This document shows positions 25,121 through 36,532 of a DNA stretch of 53,598 nucleotides, piece by piece (within the stretch, counting starts at the first letter, position 1; each line of letters begins with the position of its first letter). The translations under genes and the position numbers were made by a program. A model generated the notes under the pieces. The model ran no database searches and was not told the origin of the DNA. It worked only from the letters and a program-made list of their open reading frames with translations. The stretch is from Phoronis australis (lineage: Eukaryota > Animalia > Phoronida), in NCBI GenBank assembly GCA_002633005.1, contig NMRA01000063.1, positions 806,267 to 859,864 on the forward strand, given 5' to 3'.

Positions 25121-26218
25121 CACGATATCTGTGTAATTACTGTTTGCAGTCAGCTGTTACATGTCATCCATCCCATGAGCGGCATTTTGCCTTTTTCACA
25201 CGAGAGCTGGACAATTATACAATCAGCAATTTACCAGTATGTTTCACTCATGAAATGCGAAATGGTAATTGTTTACAATATGATGACACTGACTTACACA
25301 AATATGATTTTGGTATCGTCACTTTTCATCAGGTCAAACTGACCAAGACCCATCCATCCCCTGCTCGAGTAATGTTCCCAAAGGTTCCAATTCAATCCTA
25401 CGGTGACTCTAGTATGCATCTAGCTGCTGGGAAGAATCCGCAAAAAAGCGGAGGTTGTTTTTGAGGTCCAAATTGGTGATAAGGGTATCACAAACAATTT
25501 CATGAAAAAATGGTCACAGTTACAAAAACATGAGAAAAGGTGAAATGCTGCAACTTGTTCCTCCATATTACTTCAGGAAAACTTTAGCGGGAATCTCACG
25601 CGGGCAAACCATTCAGAATCGATGATGCTGTTTCATTCATTAACAACGGGTGTCGCTGTAATCTTGAGTTGAGCTAACATGGTGGTGTCAACCGGAAAAT
25701 AGTGCGAACCGAAATTCGACGATACAATACGGTAGGGGAAACATTCATATATTTTTAGAAAGATAACGTTGTGACAAATCGAATGATACCAAAATCAGGC
25801 ATGCAGGTCAATGTCGTCATATTGTACACAATTACCTACGCAACTAAAGCAAGTCAGCTAGCTGTATTATAGTAAACTACACTTCAGTCATGCAGGCTGT
25901 GTTCCAACTTCTCAAAATCTGTAATGACAAAACTGATGGCAAATAATCGACATCTGAAAGATAAGCAATAATTAAAGTAGATTTAACATTTCAAACTTCG
26001 AAATGTACAGTTGAACACTTCACTGTCAAGAGTAAAAAAATTCAGAATCCAAGGCACGGATCAATCTAGCCTTGCATTCGTACTTAGCTGTAAACTAAAT
26101 ATTTTGACGATAGTCTTCATACAGCTAGCTGGCTTGCTAGGATCAATCTTGACTAATCCATTCAGTTCTAAGTCAGTAAGGAAGTTTTTGAAAAATAGAT
26201 CAGAATGAAAATCATAGT

Positions 26219-28547
26219 CAGGGTTCGACATAACGAGCTGCAGGTCGCATTTGCGACCTGAAATTTGGAAATGCGAGCTGGGATTTTTGTCAGCTCGTAT
26301 CAAGTCGCAAAATGCGACCTGGAATTTCCAACGAATGCGAGCTGAGTTTTTACACTTCTCAACAGATACCTGGCAAATACAAAGCAGCTCTTGTTACTAG
26401 AATCCGACCGTTATTTGGTTGTTGCCAAATCCAAGTTCAAAACAACACTAACCGAGAACAGCCCTCCCGATGACTTGTAAGCAAGTCGCGTGAACATGGG
26501 GTATGCAGAATAGATCTTTGTTTCTACTAATTCTTAAGCGATCAACTTTAAAACTTTGTGGTGGACAAAAATTTTATTTTTCACATTTATAGATGTCCTT
26601 ATTACATGTACCAAATATCCACGACAATATCCCTGATATCGCACTGCAGCACAGTTAGCGCGCAAGCGGTCCCGGCAGACAATCGTGACTTAGACTGAGA
26701 TGTGCTTCTTTTTATCGTATAAGACAGCCAAAGTGAAAATGACAACCTTATTAATCGCCAAACGACGGTCACGTCTTTACTTTCAGTTGCCAAGAAATTC
26801 TCAAACCCTTTACTTGTTTCTGGGCTACGTGCGCGAAATATGATTTGTATTTCACACGTTGTTGCCAACGTAAAGTGTAGGCCTACTCCAGCGATTCAAG
26901 TGCGTGAACTCACGCGTGCGCACCACTTCAAAGAACAGCGACAGTCCTAAATGAAAGAGTATACCGGCTTGGCTCTGGTTTATTTGAAAATGAACTCAGA
27001 TTCCCAGCGGTTATGAAAGACTAGATGTCCTGGGACCGATATAACCCAGAACTGACGTTTTCCTGTTTCGATGTTTCTCGAGGTCGATGTTCTGTAAACC
27101 CTGTATTCTATGCTCGTAGCCAGCTATTGCAACTAAACTGACACTAGATGCGAAATTGTGGTTAGCGAACTTTTCATTCTTCTCTTTATACACCATCCCC
27201 CGACAACTTTTCGCTCCCCGAACCACCATCGCCGAAAAATGTTCAGACTCCTATAGAAACAACCTTGTTCTGGCTGAAGCGGCAAGTTAAAAACAAAATC
27301 ATTCCGGGTGGCTAAAAAGGGTACAGTGTAGGTGATAACGATATCCAGAAAGTCACCCCTACTTGATGGAGTTTGCCTCGCAAAATCGTATTATTATAAC
27401 ATTTCTTACCATTGTAGTCTTTTAATATCTTATTACCGCAAACACTCAGGTTAACGACTATGCTAACGCACAAACGAACTCCCTACCTTTGAAGTGTTTC
27501 ACAATAAGCGCTCACAGAACTACTAAGCGTTCCCCCTCAACTTTTGAGAATTTCCAATTAAGCGCCCACAATTTAGGCTAGCGCCCATCATACCGCACTA
27601 CAAACGATCGCGCGTGGTTTAAAATTGACTCGCAGTCTATATGGTGTGTCACTCTCATTTTACACAACTTCAACTCAAAAAACGTCTTTTCACAATATGT
27701 AAAAACCAAATCCCGGCTTTGTTTTATACCTCGGAAAGAAAGTTAACACTAGTGACATGCGTGTCGTTTTGTAACTGACCTATTTTTCCTGTACTTGGAA
27801 GGTATTGAGGAGCAAACTCACCATAACCCGATGGAAACCCGCACGGAGGGAGTCAGGAATTATTTCGAGGCTATTCATTTCATGGAAAATCAATTGTTGA
27901 GTACGTAAACAGCATAAGTACCACATTTTTGTTGTGAAACTTGGACTGAATTGTTCCCGCGCATACAAATAAGTCATTCGGTTAGGGCATCGTTACAAGG
28001 ATATTTTTTCGATAGATGTTTTTCAAACGTCGACTTAAATTGCAAAATTTGGGCTGCGAAGAAAAAGTGGAGGGAATTTGCACACAGAGTTAGTTTGAAT
28101 CGTTAAGGACTTTGTTGACAGCCAGTAGCAGGCCAGATCTGGCAAAATCCCGGATACTTTTTCAACGGGCATTTTCTCCCTTTTCAAATCGCAAATTTAG
28201 CTACTCGAATGCACGAGTTAGTTAGAGAGCACCGATTCAACTTTCACATCGGCAACTTGCCTTGCGCTCTAGAGTTTCAATGGTGGTCGTGAAGAACAGT
28301 AAGGCCGTACTTGCATGAATGAAGTCAATTTCGAGATCCGAAATTTGAGAGTATTTTAACGCTGCAGGTAAGAGCATAATCTAAACATTTTCTCGATGAT
28401 CTAAAAAATCTAATTTGGCGCGTAAAAATGGCGGGAAAATTTTGCGACCTGGTATTTACGAATGCGAGCTGGATTTTGAAAATGCGACCTGGGATTTTGG
28501 CTAGGTCGCAAAATGCGACCTGGCGATTTTAATAGTGTCGAGCCCTG
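26219..28547 (+). mobile_element. Non-autonomous hAT-like element, 5-bp TSD family 2, copy 2 (both ends present, 2.3 kb)
   Basis: CAGGGTTCGAC...GTCGAGCCCTG; ATAGT at 26214-26218 and 28548-28552; no coding ORF. Confidence 0.88.
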
Positions 28548-28561
28548 ATAGTTGACAAAAT

Positions 28562-29107
28562 TGCAGTGTTAGCTGAGATTACCCGACCCGGGGATCGAAC
28601 CAGCGACCCCCATAAAACCAGCAAGCATGCTAACCATTCAGCTAATAGGCAATTGCCCGTTAGCGAGTAGCTAACAGAGGCTCATATGATTCACCGGAAG
28701 CACATCTACAACATTCCCACCTTTCCTTCGGAACAGGCACGCCACCAGGAAGGTGAACACCAGGATGTCTCGCATACAGGTCATCAACGTCCCTTGGTAC
28801 CTTTACCACCACAACACAGGTGAACACAAGGTAGTCTCTCAAACAGGTCCTTGACTCCTGGAACCTTCCATGCATGCCGTCCCGAGGGTACTAGTTGGCA
28901 GTGCATCATCGGTAGATCAACCGTTTGCCGACTACGCCATTTGTAGTGATAGCTGAGATTACCCGACCCGGGGATCGAACCAGCGACCCCCAAAAAACCA
29001 GCAAGTGTGCTAACCTGCATCAGCCAATACTATTGGCAATAGGCAATTGCTCGTTAGCGAGTAGCTAACAGAGGCTCATATGATTCACCGGAAGCACATC
29101 TACACCA
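28562..29107 (-). mobile_element. TRIM-type non-autonomous LTR retrotransposon with tRNA-like module in its LTRs (Helenus-like)
   Basis: Direct repeats 28562-28713 and 28942-29107 with TG..CA ends; minus-strand PBS TGGCGTAGTCGGCA (28926-28939); PPT GAAGGAAAGGTGGGAA (28714-28729); A-box TAGCTGAATGG and B-box GGTTCGATCCC; flanks AAAT/AATT. Confidence 0.88.
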
Positions 29108-29367
29108 AATTGAATGTGGCGTGGTTCGCATACGGTTAAGCCGTTCATTCAATCAAGAATAGACTAGATAAGTAGAGACGAGTAGCCAGTAGGCTAACTA
29201 CCAGTACCATATCAGGCATAAGCATATAAGCCCCTCAGCTGGCTATCTAAGACAGCCTACAGCGACCTCAGACGATGTAGGCCTAATTTGCCCAGTAGAC
29301 TACAGTAGTAAGCCTAATGTCCCACTCCTACCGCAGGCCGTCCAGTAATAGTTTGAATGTTATTTAC

Positions 29368-29465
29368 CAGAAAATGGAAGAGGATCGAACTCCCGGTCTA
29401 ACGCTCACGTTTTCTGTCTGTGATCTCGTACAGCCTCAACCACAAGCCTCAAGATGGCGCTGATC
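29368..29465 (-). other. Candidate non-coding first exon/promoter of the LARP7-like gene
   Basis: Minus-strand GCGCCATCTT (YY1-like) followed ~90 nt later by CTG|gtaaat donor; unique sequence upstream of the 24574 acceptor. Confidence 0.35.
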
Positions 29466-29819
29466 GGTTTAGCTATCATTTCAAAGGCTTTTCACTAAGT
29501 GCCTAAGTGTCTGAACCAGTTATCCCAGAACTATGGAAAAATTCGAAAGGTACTCGTGATCTGTACGATATTTTTCCGCCAACTTTGTTTTAAAAACCAA
29601 AAATATTAAAAGATATGAAAATACTTTTGGTTTTGCAAGATCAATGTCCGAATGGAATTTATGTTTCCTAACTTCTGTATTTTGTACTTCAAATGTTTGG
29701 CTGAGATGGTTTTAAACGAGTATTTATAATTAGGAAATTGGTAATTTTAACAACTAATAACTTTGTAATGTGAATTGCTGATTCTCCAACAGACAAATGC
29801 ACCTTTTGTAGGAATGAAC

Positions 29820-30130
29820 GGGTTGGGCGATTTTGTCAATTCAAAAACTAAACGTGATCAGGATTTGACGATCGAGGCAGAAATACTATTGGTTAATGTC
29901 CAAATATGTTATAACTTAACTTCAGTTTTTAACAGTACAGCCCAGTCAGGCTAGATACGATCTTACTGGAGATCAGAGCTATTATCGAACAAAAGAGAGC
30001 TGGCCCTAAAACCCTAAATGCCTGCCGGAAACTTAATCAGTATTGGCTACAGGGTCATCTTCCCAACTTGTTGTTGGGCTATAGAATCGAACAAGTTCGG
30101 AGCAACGGGAAATTGCCGTAAGGTTTTGGG
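29820..30130. repeat. Dispersed repeat; inverted diverged copy at ~39870-40195
   Basis: Shared cagtcaggctagata.gatcttactggagat, atcgaacaaaagagagctggccct and ttcccaacttgttgtt.ggctataga.tcgaacaagtt. Confidence 0.75.
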
Positions 30131-30448
30131 ATTGTACTTCAAGCCTTTTTGCAAAAGAGGAGCTGAATATTAGATCAATGCAAAAATCATAGATAAATTG
30201 ATAGATTTTCAAACATTTATACTTGAAGCTGGAAAAGCGAATGAGGTGTTGAATCTCATCAATGTTTTGGCCAAACAGGATATAAAATCTAGAAAGATGA
30301 AAGTGGATCCTCCATCTACAACACATTTCAAAAAAGGATTCGCCAGAAATTTATTACACATTCGAAAAAAATATAATTGTTGTCAAAATGAATTAGGAAA
30401 CCTATTTTTCCGAAGAAGGACTTTTTTGCTCTTTGAAACGAAATGCAG

Positions 30449-30449
<1 letters not shown>

Positions 30450-30521
<72 letters not shown>
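30450..30521. repeat. (TG)n microsatellite, ~36 units
   Basis: Perfect dinucleotide run. Confidence 0.98.
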
Positions 30522-30522
<1 letters not shown>

Positions 30523-31299
30523 TGTGTCATTGGAGATTTCTTTTACGCTGTTATTGTTGCAACAAATGTTTTAAAAAAGAATTTGATTTTAGACCTTTCT
30601 TATGCCAGATTTTCGCTTTGGGGGCGTCGGTGCATTTTTGTTGGGGAGACAGCTCAATACTATCCGCGCGCGCTGACTTTGGAACATGTCATTTACCTTC
30701 CGATTTCCGGCTCTCTGGAGGTCCCGGTCTCATGGGCCATTATTTTAGGAGGCCCCAAATTACATGTATTTAGCAACCACAATTCAAGCGAAATGACTTG
30801 GTAACAAATTTTGTGCATGCCGTGGTAAAGATTTCAAAGCTCTTGTATAATGATGCGATTAGATATAGCCGCAGAAAGTGGGCAACGAAAGAATATAAGA
30901 GTCCTCGGACAGTCGGAAGGAAACATTAGTTATCCGTTGTTTGACAATAAAGTCATTCTTTATTGAAAATAAACATTCTTGGCATACCAAGTCCGCCTCC
31001 CTCCCTCCCTCGCTCCCTCCCTCACTCGGCTTACGTCATCCTGAACACTGATGAAGATACGCCAGTAAATGAACAGCGTCGGGGTTAAAAATATATTCGC
31101 AGCTCTAGAGAGTGACTTGTTGTAAGTGATGGTAACGACACTGGGGATGAGTAGATGTCAATTTTACTATCACATTCTTTGCACAAAAAGACAGCCCGGC
31201 AAAGCCTGATTACAGCAGTCGTCCAACATAAAGAAGGACGAGATGTCAATGAATGTTTCGCACTACAAATTGGTAGTGGGTTTCAACGATAGTCTACTA

Positions 31300-31449
31300 C
31301 ATGGGCGGCGCAACACTGAAAAAAGTGGGGGCTAACGCCCCAGTCTCCTTGTAGTGCGCCGCGCATAGAGCATGGACGGTGCAGCACTAAAAAAGCGGGG
31401 GCTATAGCCCACTCACCCCGGCCCATCCCCCTAGGGTGCGCCGTTCATG
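31300..31449. mobile_element. Two adjacent very short hAT-like MITEs (31300-31367, 31371-31449)
   Basis: CATGGGCGGCGCA..TGCGCCGCGCAT and CATGGACGGTGCA..TGCGCCGTTCATG, with shared core cact.aaaaaag.gggggcta. Confidence 0.55.
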
Positions 31450-31501
31450 TTAAGGTTACAAGAACTAATAATTCATTTGAAAGTTTGAACAAAATCCATA
31501 C

Positions 31502-31863
31502 TAGAGAATTATGACATATAGATGCCGCTTGGTATTCGCCCTAGCCGCCATGTTTCTTTTGTCTCTAAGTCCATTGTTTAATTAACGGTTACGATCATAG
31601 AAAATAACTCGCAAGTATTTCTTCACTGTTTATTGGTTACAGCAAACTACGAATGATCGTAACCTGAAAGAACAGAGACAGGGGGTAAATACTAGGTCGC
31701 TAACAAGTGACGTGTGATTACAATAGGTTAACAATGCTAGAGATGTGCTAAGGCTACAATAAATGAGGGAATCTTACCGCTAATTAAACAATGGACTTAG
31801 AGACAAAAGAAACATGGCGGCTAGGGCGAATACCAAGCGGCATCTATATGTCATAATTCTCTA
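31502..31863. mobile_element. MITE (362 bp) with ~82-bp perfect TIRs
   Basis: TAGAGAATTATGACATATAGATGCCGC... and its exact reverse complement; CATAC at 31497-31501 and 31864-31868. Confidence 0.88.
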
Positions 31864-32537
31864 CATACCAGCTTCGTGCATCGTAATACCAGTTAAGAGA
31901 TACAAATAGTCTAGACCACTGGAAAGCAAGATGTTCGATTATTACGACTTTATAGGAGATGAGCGGTTAGTGCAATTTGGTCTAGACGCAACTTCTTACT
32001 CGGCGGGGGAGATATTTAGCCCAAGCACATAAACGTATCTCCTAGGGCGGCATTCGTGCTCAACGTACTGAGGTGACATTGATCATGAGGCAGGTGAGGG
32101 TATCAATCCATAGNNNNNNNNNNNNNNNNNNNNACTGGCAGTGGCGCTGGCTGGACACTAGGACTGCTCCACCGTGCAATGAAGAAAATGACTTCATTTT
32201 TAAAAGAAAATGGAATCTGAGTGATACTGAAAAAACAGAAGCTGCTGGTAAGATGTCAATTTTAATCGAAGCCTCAGTGAATCACTCAGGAACTCATAAT
32301 TCTCTCGTTGTCAAACCTTAACTTAAGACGATTTCCAAAGCAATCGCGTCATTATTGCCAACACAAAAACAGGTTTTGCCTTTTGGGCAATTGAAGACTA
32401 TTTTAAATACAACAAATTTGTAACGAACTGATTGCACAAAATATAAAACATGTAATAAGCATTACAAAAAGAAGGTTTCGCGCGCAAATGCTGTGGACCA
32501 TAAACAAGTAGGTCTCTTTAGATAGGAGTTAAAGCAT

Positions 32538-32600
32538 GGTGGTGCAGTGGTAAAGCTCGCGCGCTGTATCCGCTAGGTCGAGAGTTCGAGACTGTGGTAC
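32538..32600 (+). other. tRNA-like Pol III A/B-box sequence (SINE head or pseudo-tRNA)
   Basis: TGGTGCAGTGGtaaagc...gtcgagAGTTCGAGAC; no acceptor stem. Confidence 0.5.
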
Positions 32601-34218
32601 ATGCAGTTTTTCCTGGTTGACACCTTTTTCGTTTTTTCCCCTCCCGACCTCCCCCCATTCGCATCTACAATCGTGCTTTGAGCAAATGTTTACAGACAAA
32701 ATGTTGGGCCCCTCTTGTGATATCCTAGATCCGCCACTGCAATCTCAGTGCGAGTAAAGGAAAAAAGTGGAGACTGCGGGGGTCTGGAGTCGGCGAAAGT
32801 ACTATCGTATGCCTCTCGCGTCACCATTGTCCAGGCGTGCGTTCAGTGATGCATGTTTGGCTAGCATTCGGTATCGTATCCGGGCAATTGTAAAATGACC
32901 AAATGCGTTATTGAAGTAGCTACTTTCTAATTGAATTAAAGAATAGAAATAACATAAACAGGAACTTCAGAAATATCAAAAAAACCTGATGAATTTTATT
33001 TGTGTTCCAAATGAGTAAACTATTGCGTTTTACGGCAATTTGTTTCTCTGTCCTCCGTCTGTAGTAGCTAGAAGATCTTACCCTTGCATCTTAATCGTCT
33101 AACATGCTCACTCTTCACAATTAAATGTTACACGGGACCAAGCTAAAATCTACCCAAATAACGTGCTCTCATTCAAAATACACGGCACTAAACATCTCGC
33201 GAAGTCTTGCTTTTTAGGGAGGTCATAGTCGGCTCGGCCACAACAGTCAACAATAATGCCGCCAGGTTTGATCCGAGTGTCGTTGAGCGGCATTCCGTTA
33301 TGCACCGCGGCGTTACTACAGAAGAGAGATAATTAACACACAAACAAGTTTAGCAAATGCGAGGCAGCGACGCATCAGTCGGCAAGTTTTCGCCCTGGGA
33401 TTTCAGCACATTTTTTTGAAAAATGATCGTAATTTAGCAACGAAGTTTGATAGTAATGCAACACAATTTTGTAGAAAAGTTGTCATAGGTTACAGATACG
33501 TCACAGAGCGCAAATTTGATGAATCCTAGCTTCCGATCTCACTCGTTTCGGAGACCAGGCTTCAACCGCTTTAGGCTAGAACAAGCGCCCCCCTCCCCAC
33601 AACGATTTTTTTCTAAGTGCCCGGGCGCTTATTAGGGCAAATAAGGGTATACAGCTTTGCACCATGACAGGTGATGCTGCGGTATATTTTTTGCGACACG
33701 TACGGATTGTTGCCAATTTTTGCTAATTATTTCCATAACCTATGAGGATGGCGGGAATGAAAACGTTCCAATTTGAATTTTAATGTTTGCAAAATCCAGA
33801 AAATCACAGGTCGGTTTTTTAAAACACTGCAGGTGATGCAAGGGAAGATGTCCTACTCCGGATCGAGAAACAAACTCCCGTAAACACAATAGTTTTACTT
33901 ATTTGGAACACAAATAAAATTCCGCAGTTCACCCCCACTGCATCCAGCTTATTTCTCGACACATCAAAGGCTTGATGGCGCCGTCAAAGGGTGAATGAGC
34001 TGGTCGCCATTCATGGGCTAGGCCGAATGTGTATTGGATGCAATAATTGCGGTGTACGAGTTACGAAATGGAAGTGCTCAACATCATCGTTGATAAAATT
34101 GAAAGCAAATACTAATGCGGCCTTCGAATTTTAAAATCGAGAGAAATTAGCGATTAATTTTTCTTCAGTCATGCAGCAGCGCGGCTAAACCAAACGTATT
34201 GATTTGTCATCGATTATG

Positions 34219-34327
34219 ACGAGTAAGTTATAGTCTGTGTTATGCTCCCTTAGGACGAGTTAGTTATAGTCTGTGTTATGCTCCCTTAGGACGAGTTAGT
34301 CATAGTCTGTGTTATGCTCCCTTAGGA
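34219..34327. repeat. 36-bp tandem repeat x3
   Basis: gacgagttagttatagtctgtgttatgctcccttag. Confidence 0.9.
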
Positions 34328-35377
34328 ATCCCGGTAACAAATGTTGGCGTAGGAGTTGACTTATAAATGAAGTGGAGCACAGGAATGTAACCATAAAGTG
34401 ACGATGGGAAACTATAATTGCGCAGATCCTGGGTGCGAGATATCATCTACAACCCAGACTCATACAGGTTTAATCACGCTGCATGATTCGAGTACAAATT
34501 TGTACATGCACTCAAAGCGTGCCATATGTCAATTCTTCGTCAAGTTTCCTAACAGAAATTAGGCTCTACAGCCTGGAAGTAATGCTATCAATCACTCACT
34601 TCCCATGGATACTATTTTTTTGTTATTAACTGAATATTTGAGTCAGGAGTGATACACAGGTAACAACATTTTCGTAAATTGTAAGAACTTCATTTAACAA
34701 GTGGCCTTGTTCACACCTGTTACTATGGTACTGTGATTTCTCATAGCGTAGACACTTATAGTGTAATCCTTGCGGATATTTTCAAACAACCATGACTAAA
34801 TTGGATAAAGATGTAACTTTAAAGAACATTATCCCAAGAAAGGTGATTTTTTTTAGATCAGCCTCACTGAGGCGAAAGCGAGACCTTAATACCCCTCTTC
34901 TGCTGGAGTTTGCTCCAACTGTTAAATGACCCTGGCAAACCAACAGAATCAACAAAACTACCAAATTTCATATGACAAAAACGTTCAAGATAAAATCTCA
35001 AAAATGCTGCTAAATTTTTTAAAATTACCATATCAATTTCATCTTATGCAACTTCAAACAAATTTTCATATAAAGAATATCAATCTTATTTTATAGACAA
35101 GTCCTTCATGCAAAAATAGAAAATTTTAAGAACAATGCCTAACAGGGTGTTGTTGGCAACAAATAAAACGTAGAAGTTTCATGTGAATACAATCAGCCAT
35201 TTTTGAGATACAATGTTCTGAGATACAATGTTTTGAGATACAATGTTCTGAAGTTGGCTATACTAGTGGACATTGTTCTATGGTCTTACATCATGACCTT
35301 AAAACCACTTTATCTTGACATCAGAAAAATCAGTTCACATCACATCCACTTAACAGGATAACACCTCAAATAAGTGA

Positions 35378-36352
35378 CTACCTTTTCTGAGATTTGTAAA
35401 CAACATTTGGCCAAATAATACCATCATTAGTTTGCTTGAACACCATGTGAGCAGGAAATACAAAATTCAAAAGCCAGTATTCACCAAATACTAAACGAAT
35501 ATTCTCTGCAACACTACCCAAACATTTTACATCAAGATCTTTTCTGACCTCATGACTTGTTTTTCCAGTAATCACTGTAAACATCTGCCAGCAGACAAAA
35601 CTAACAGACAAAGGACCAGCCCACCACAGGAAATAGCAATGACTTATCATAAAGAATTCATGAAGTTTAATATTTCCAAACATGAGTTTAACTACAGTTT
35701 TTGGTAAAAACAGGTCTGTGTAAGTTATGTTTGGGAAAGTGTTTACATTCATGTACTTAATTATAACATATAAGCCGAATAAGCAGTATATAGCTACATA
35801 GAATGAAAACACAATAAAATGTCGTTCATTCTTAAACCCTATGCACACACCAACCATGTAGCAGTGATGATCCCTTTTCAGAATACATTTATTACAGTCA
35901 GGACAGTGGTGGCAGCGTAGAGGTTTAATATGCTTACACATGCTACACCAGTCAGACATATCACTGTTCTCCCTAATGTCACCATTGGCCCTTCCATTTT
36001 GTCCATGAACTGTCCTACAAAAGTCACCAGATGAATAGTATGTGGAATCCCTGGATCGACAAAATATCCAGTTGACTATAACTGATATTGCAACAAAAGT
36101 GAAGAATACTTGTAAACAATAGACAGTCCAGGCTCCTGATCCAGCGTATACAAACGGTATCCCATATACAGTGCATGAATAAAGCAATGTCAAGGCCACA
36201 TACCAAAAGGCCCTGGTGGCAAACCTGTTAGACATAATTAAGTTCTTAGGGCTCCTGCCTCTTCTGTAGTAATGATTTTTCCATAGCTGCATCAAACTTT
36301 CAGATCCAGAATCATCATTGTGTCCTTGCATATCAATAACAGTTGTGTCCAT
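35378..36352 (-). CDS. DHHC-domain palmitoyltransferase (ZDHHC22/24-like), coding region in one exon
   Basis: WCSMCKHIKPLRCHHCPDCNKCILKRDHHCYMVGVCIGFKNERHF flanked by two plus two hydrophobic helices; TSHE (TTxE-like) motif; acceptor ttttcag just upstream of 36361; ATG at 36352. Confidence 0.95.
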   Translation of the reverse strand: MDTTVIDMQGHNDDSGSESLMQLWKNHYYRRGRSPKNLIMSNRFATRAFWYVALTLLYSCTVYGIPFVYAGSGAWTVYCLQVFFTFVAISVIVNWIFCRSRDSTYYSSGDFCRTVHGQNGRANGDIRENSDMSDWCSMCKHIKPLRCHHCPDCNKCILKRDHHCYMVGVCIGFKNERHFIVFSFYVAIYCLFGLYVIIKYMNVNTFPNITYTDLFLPKTVVKLMFGNIKLHEFFMISHCYFLWWAGPLSVSFVCWQMFTVITGKTSHEVRKDLDVKCLGSVAENIRLVFGEYWLLNFVFPAHMVFKQTNDGIIWPNVVYKSQKR

Positions 36353-36416
36353 TTTCAAAATCTGAAAATATTAATAAGGAATGGTATTATAATGTGCCAC
36401 CCAGGAAAAGTGAACA

Positions 36417-36532
36417 GTGAACTGAAAAGTGGTTACAGTTAACTGAAAAGTGGTTACAGTGAACTGAAAAGTGGTTACAGTGAACTGAAAAGTGGTTACA
36501 GTGAACTGAAAAGTGGTTACAGTGAACTGAAA
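36417..36532. repeat. 21-bp minisatellite (~5.5 copies), followed by a 60-bp duplication at ~36545-36660
   Basis: gtgaactgaaaagtggttaca. Confidence 0.9.

Noticed and set aside
28578-28650. Genuine tRNA gene (also at 18790-18856, 25050-25120, 32538-32600)
   Set aside because: A/B boxes are present, but no complete acceptor or anticodon stems; all sit in repeat contexts.
30198-30773. 191-aa ORF with a CVCV run
   Set aside because: Artefact of reading through the (TG)n microsatellite; no recognisable domain.
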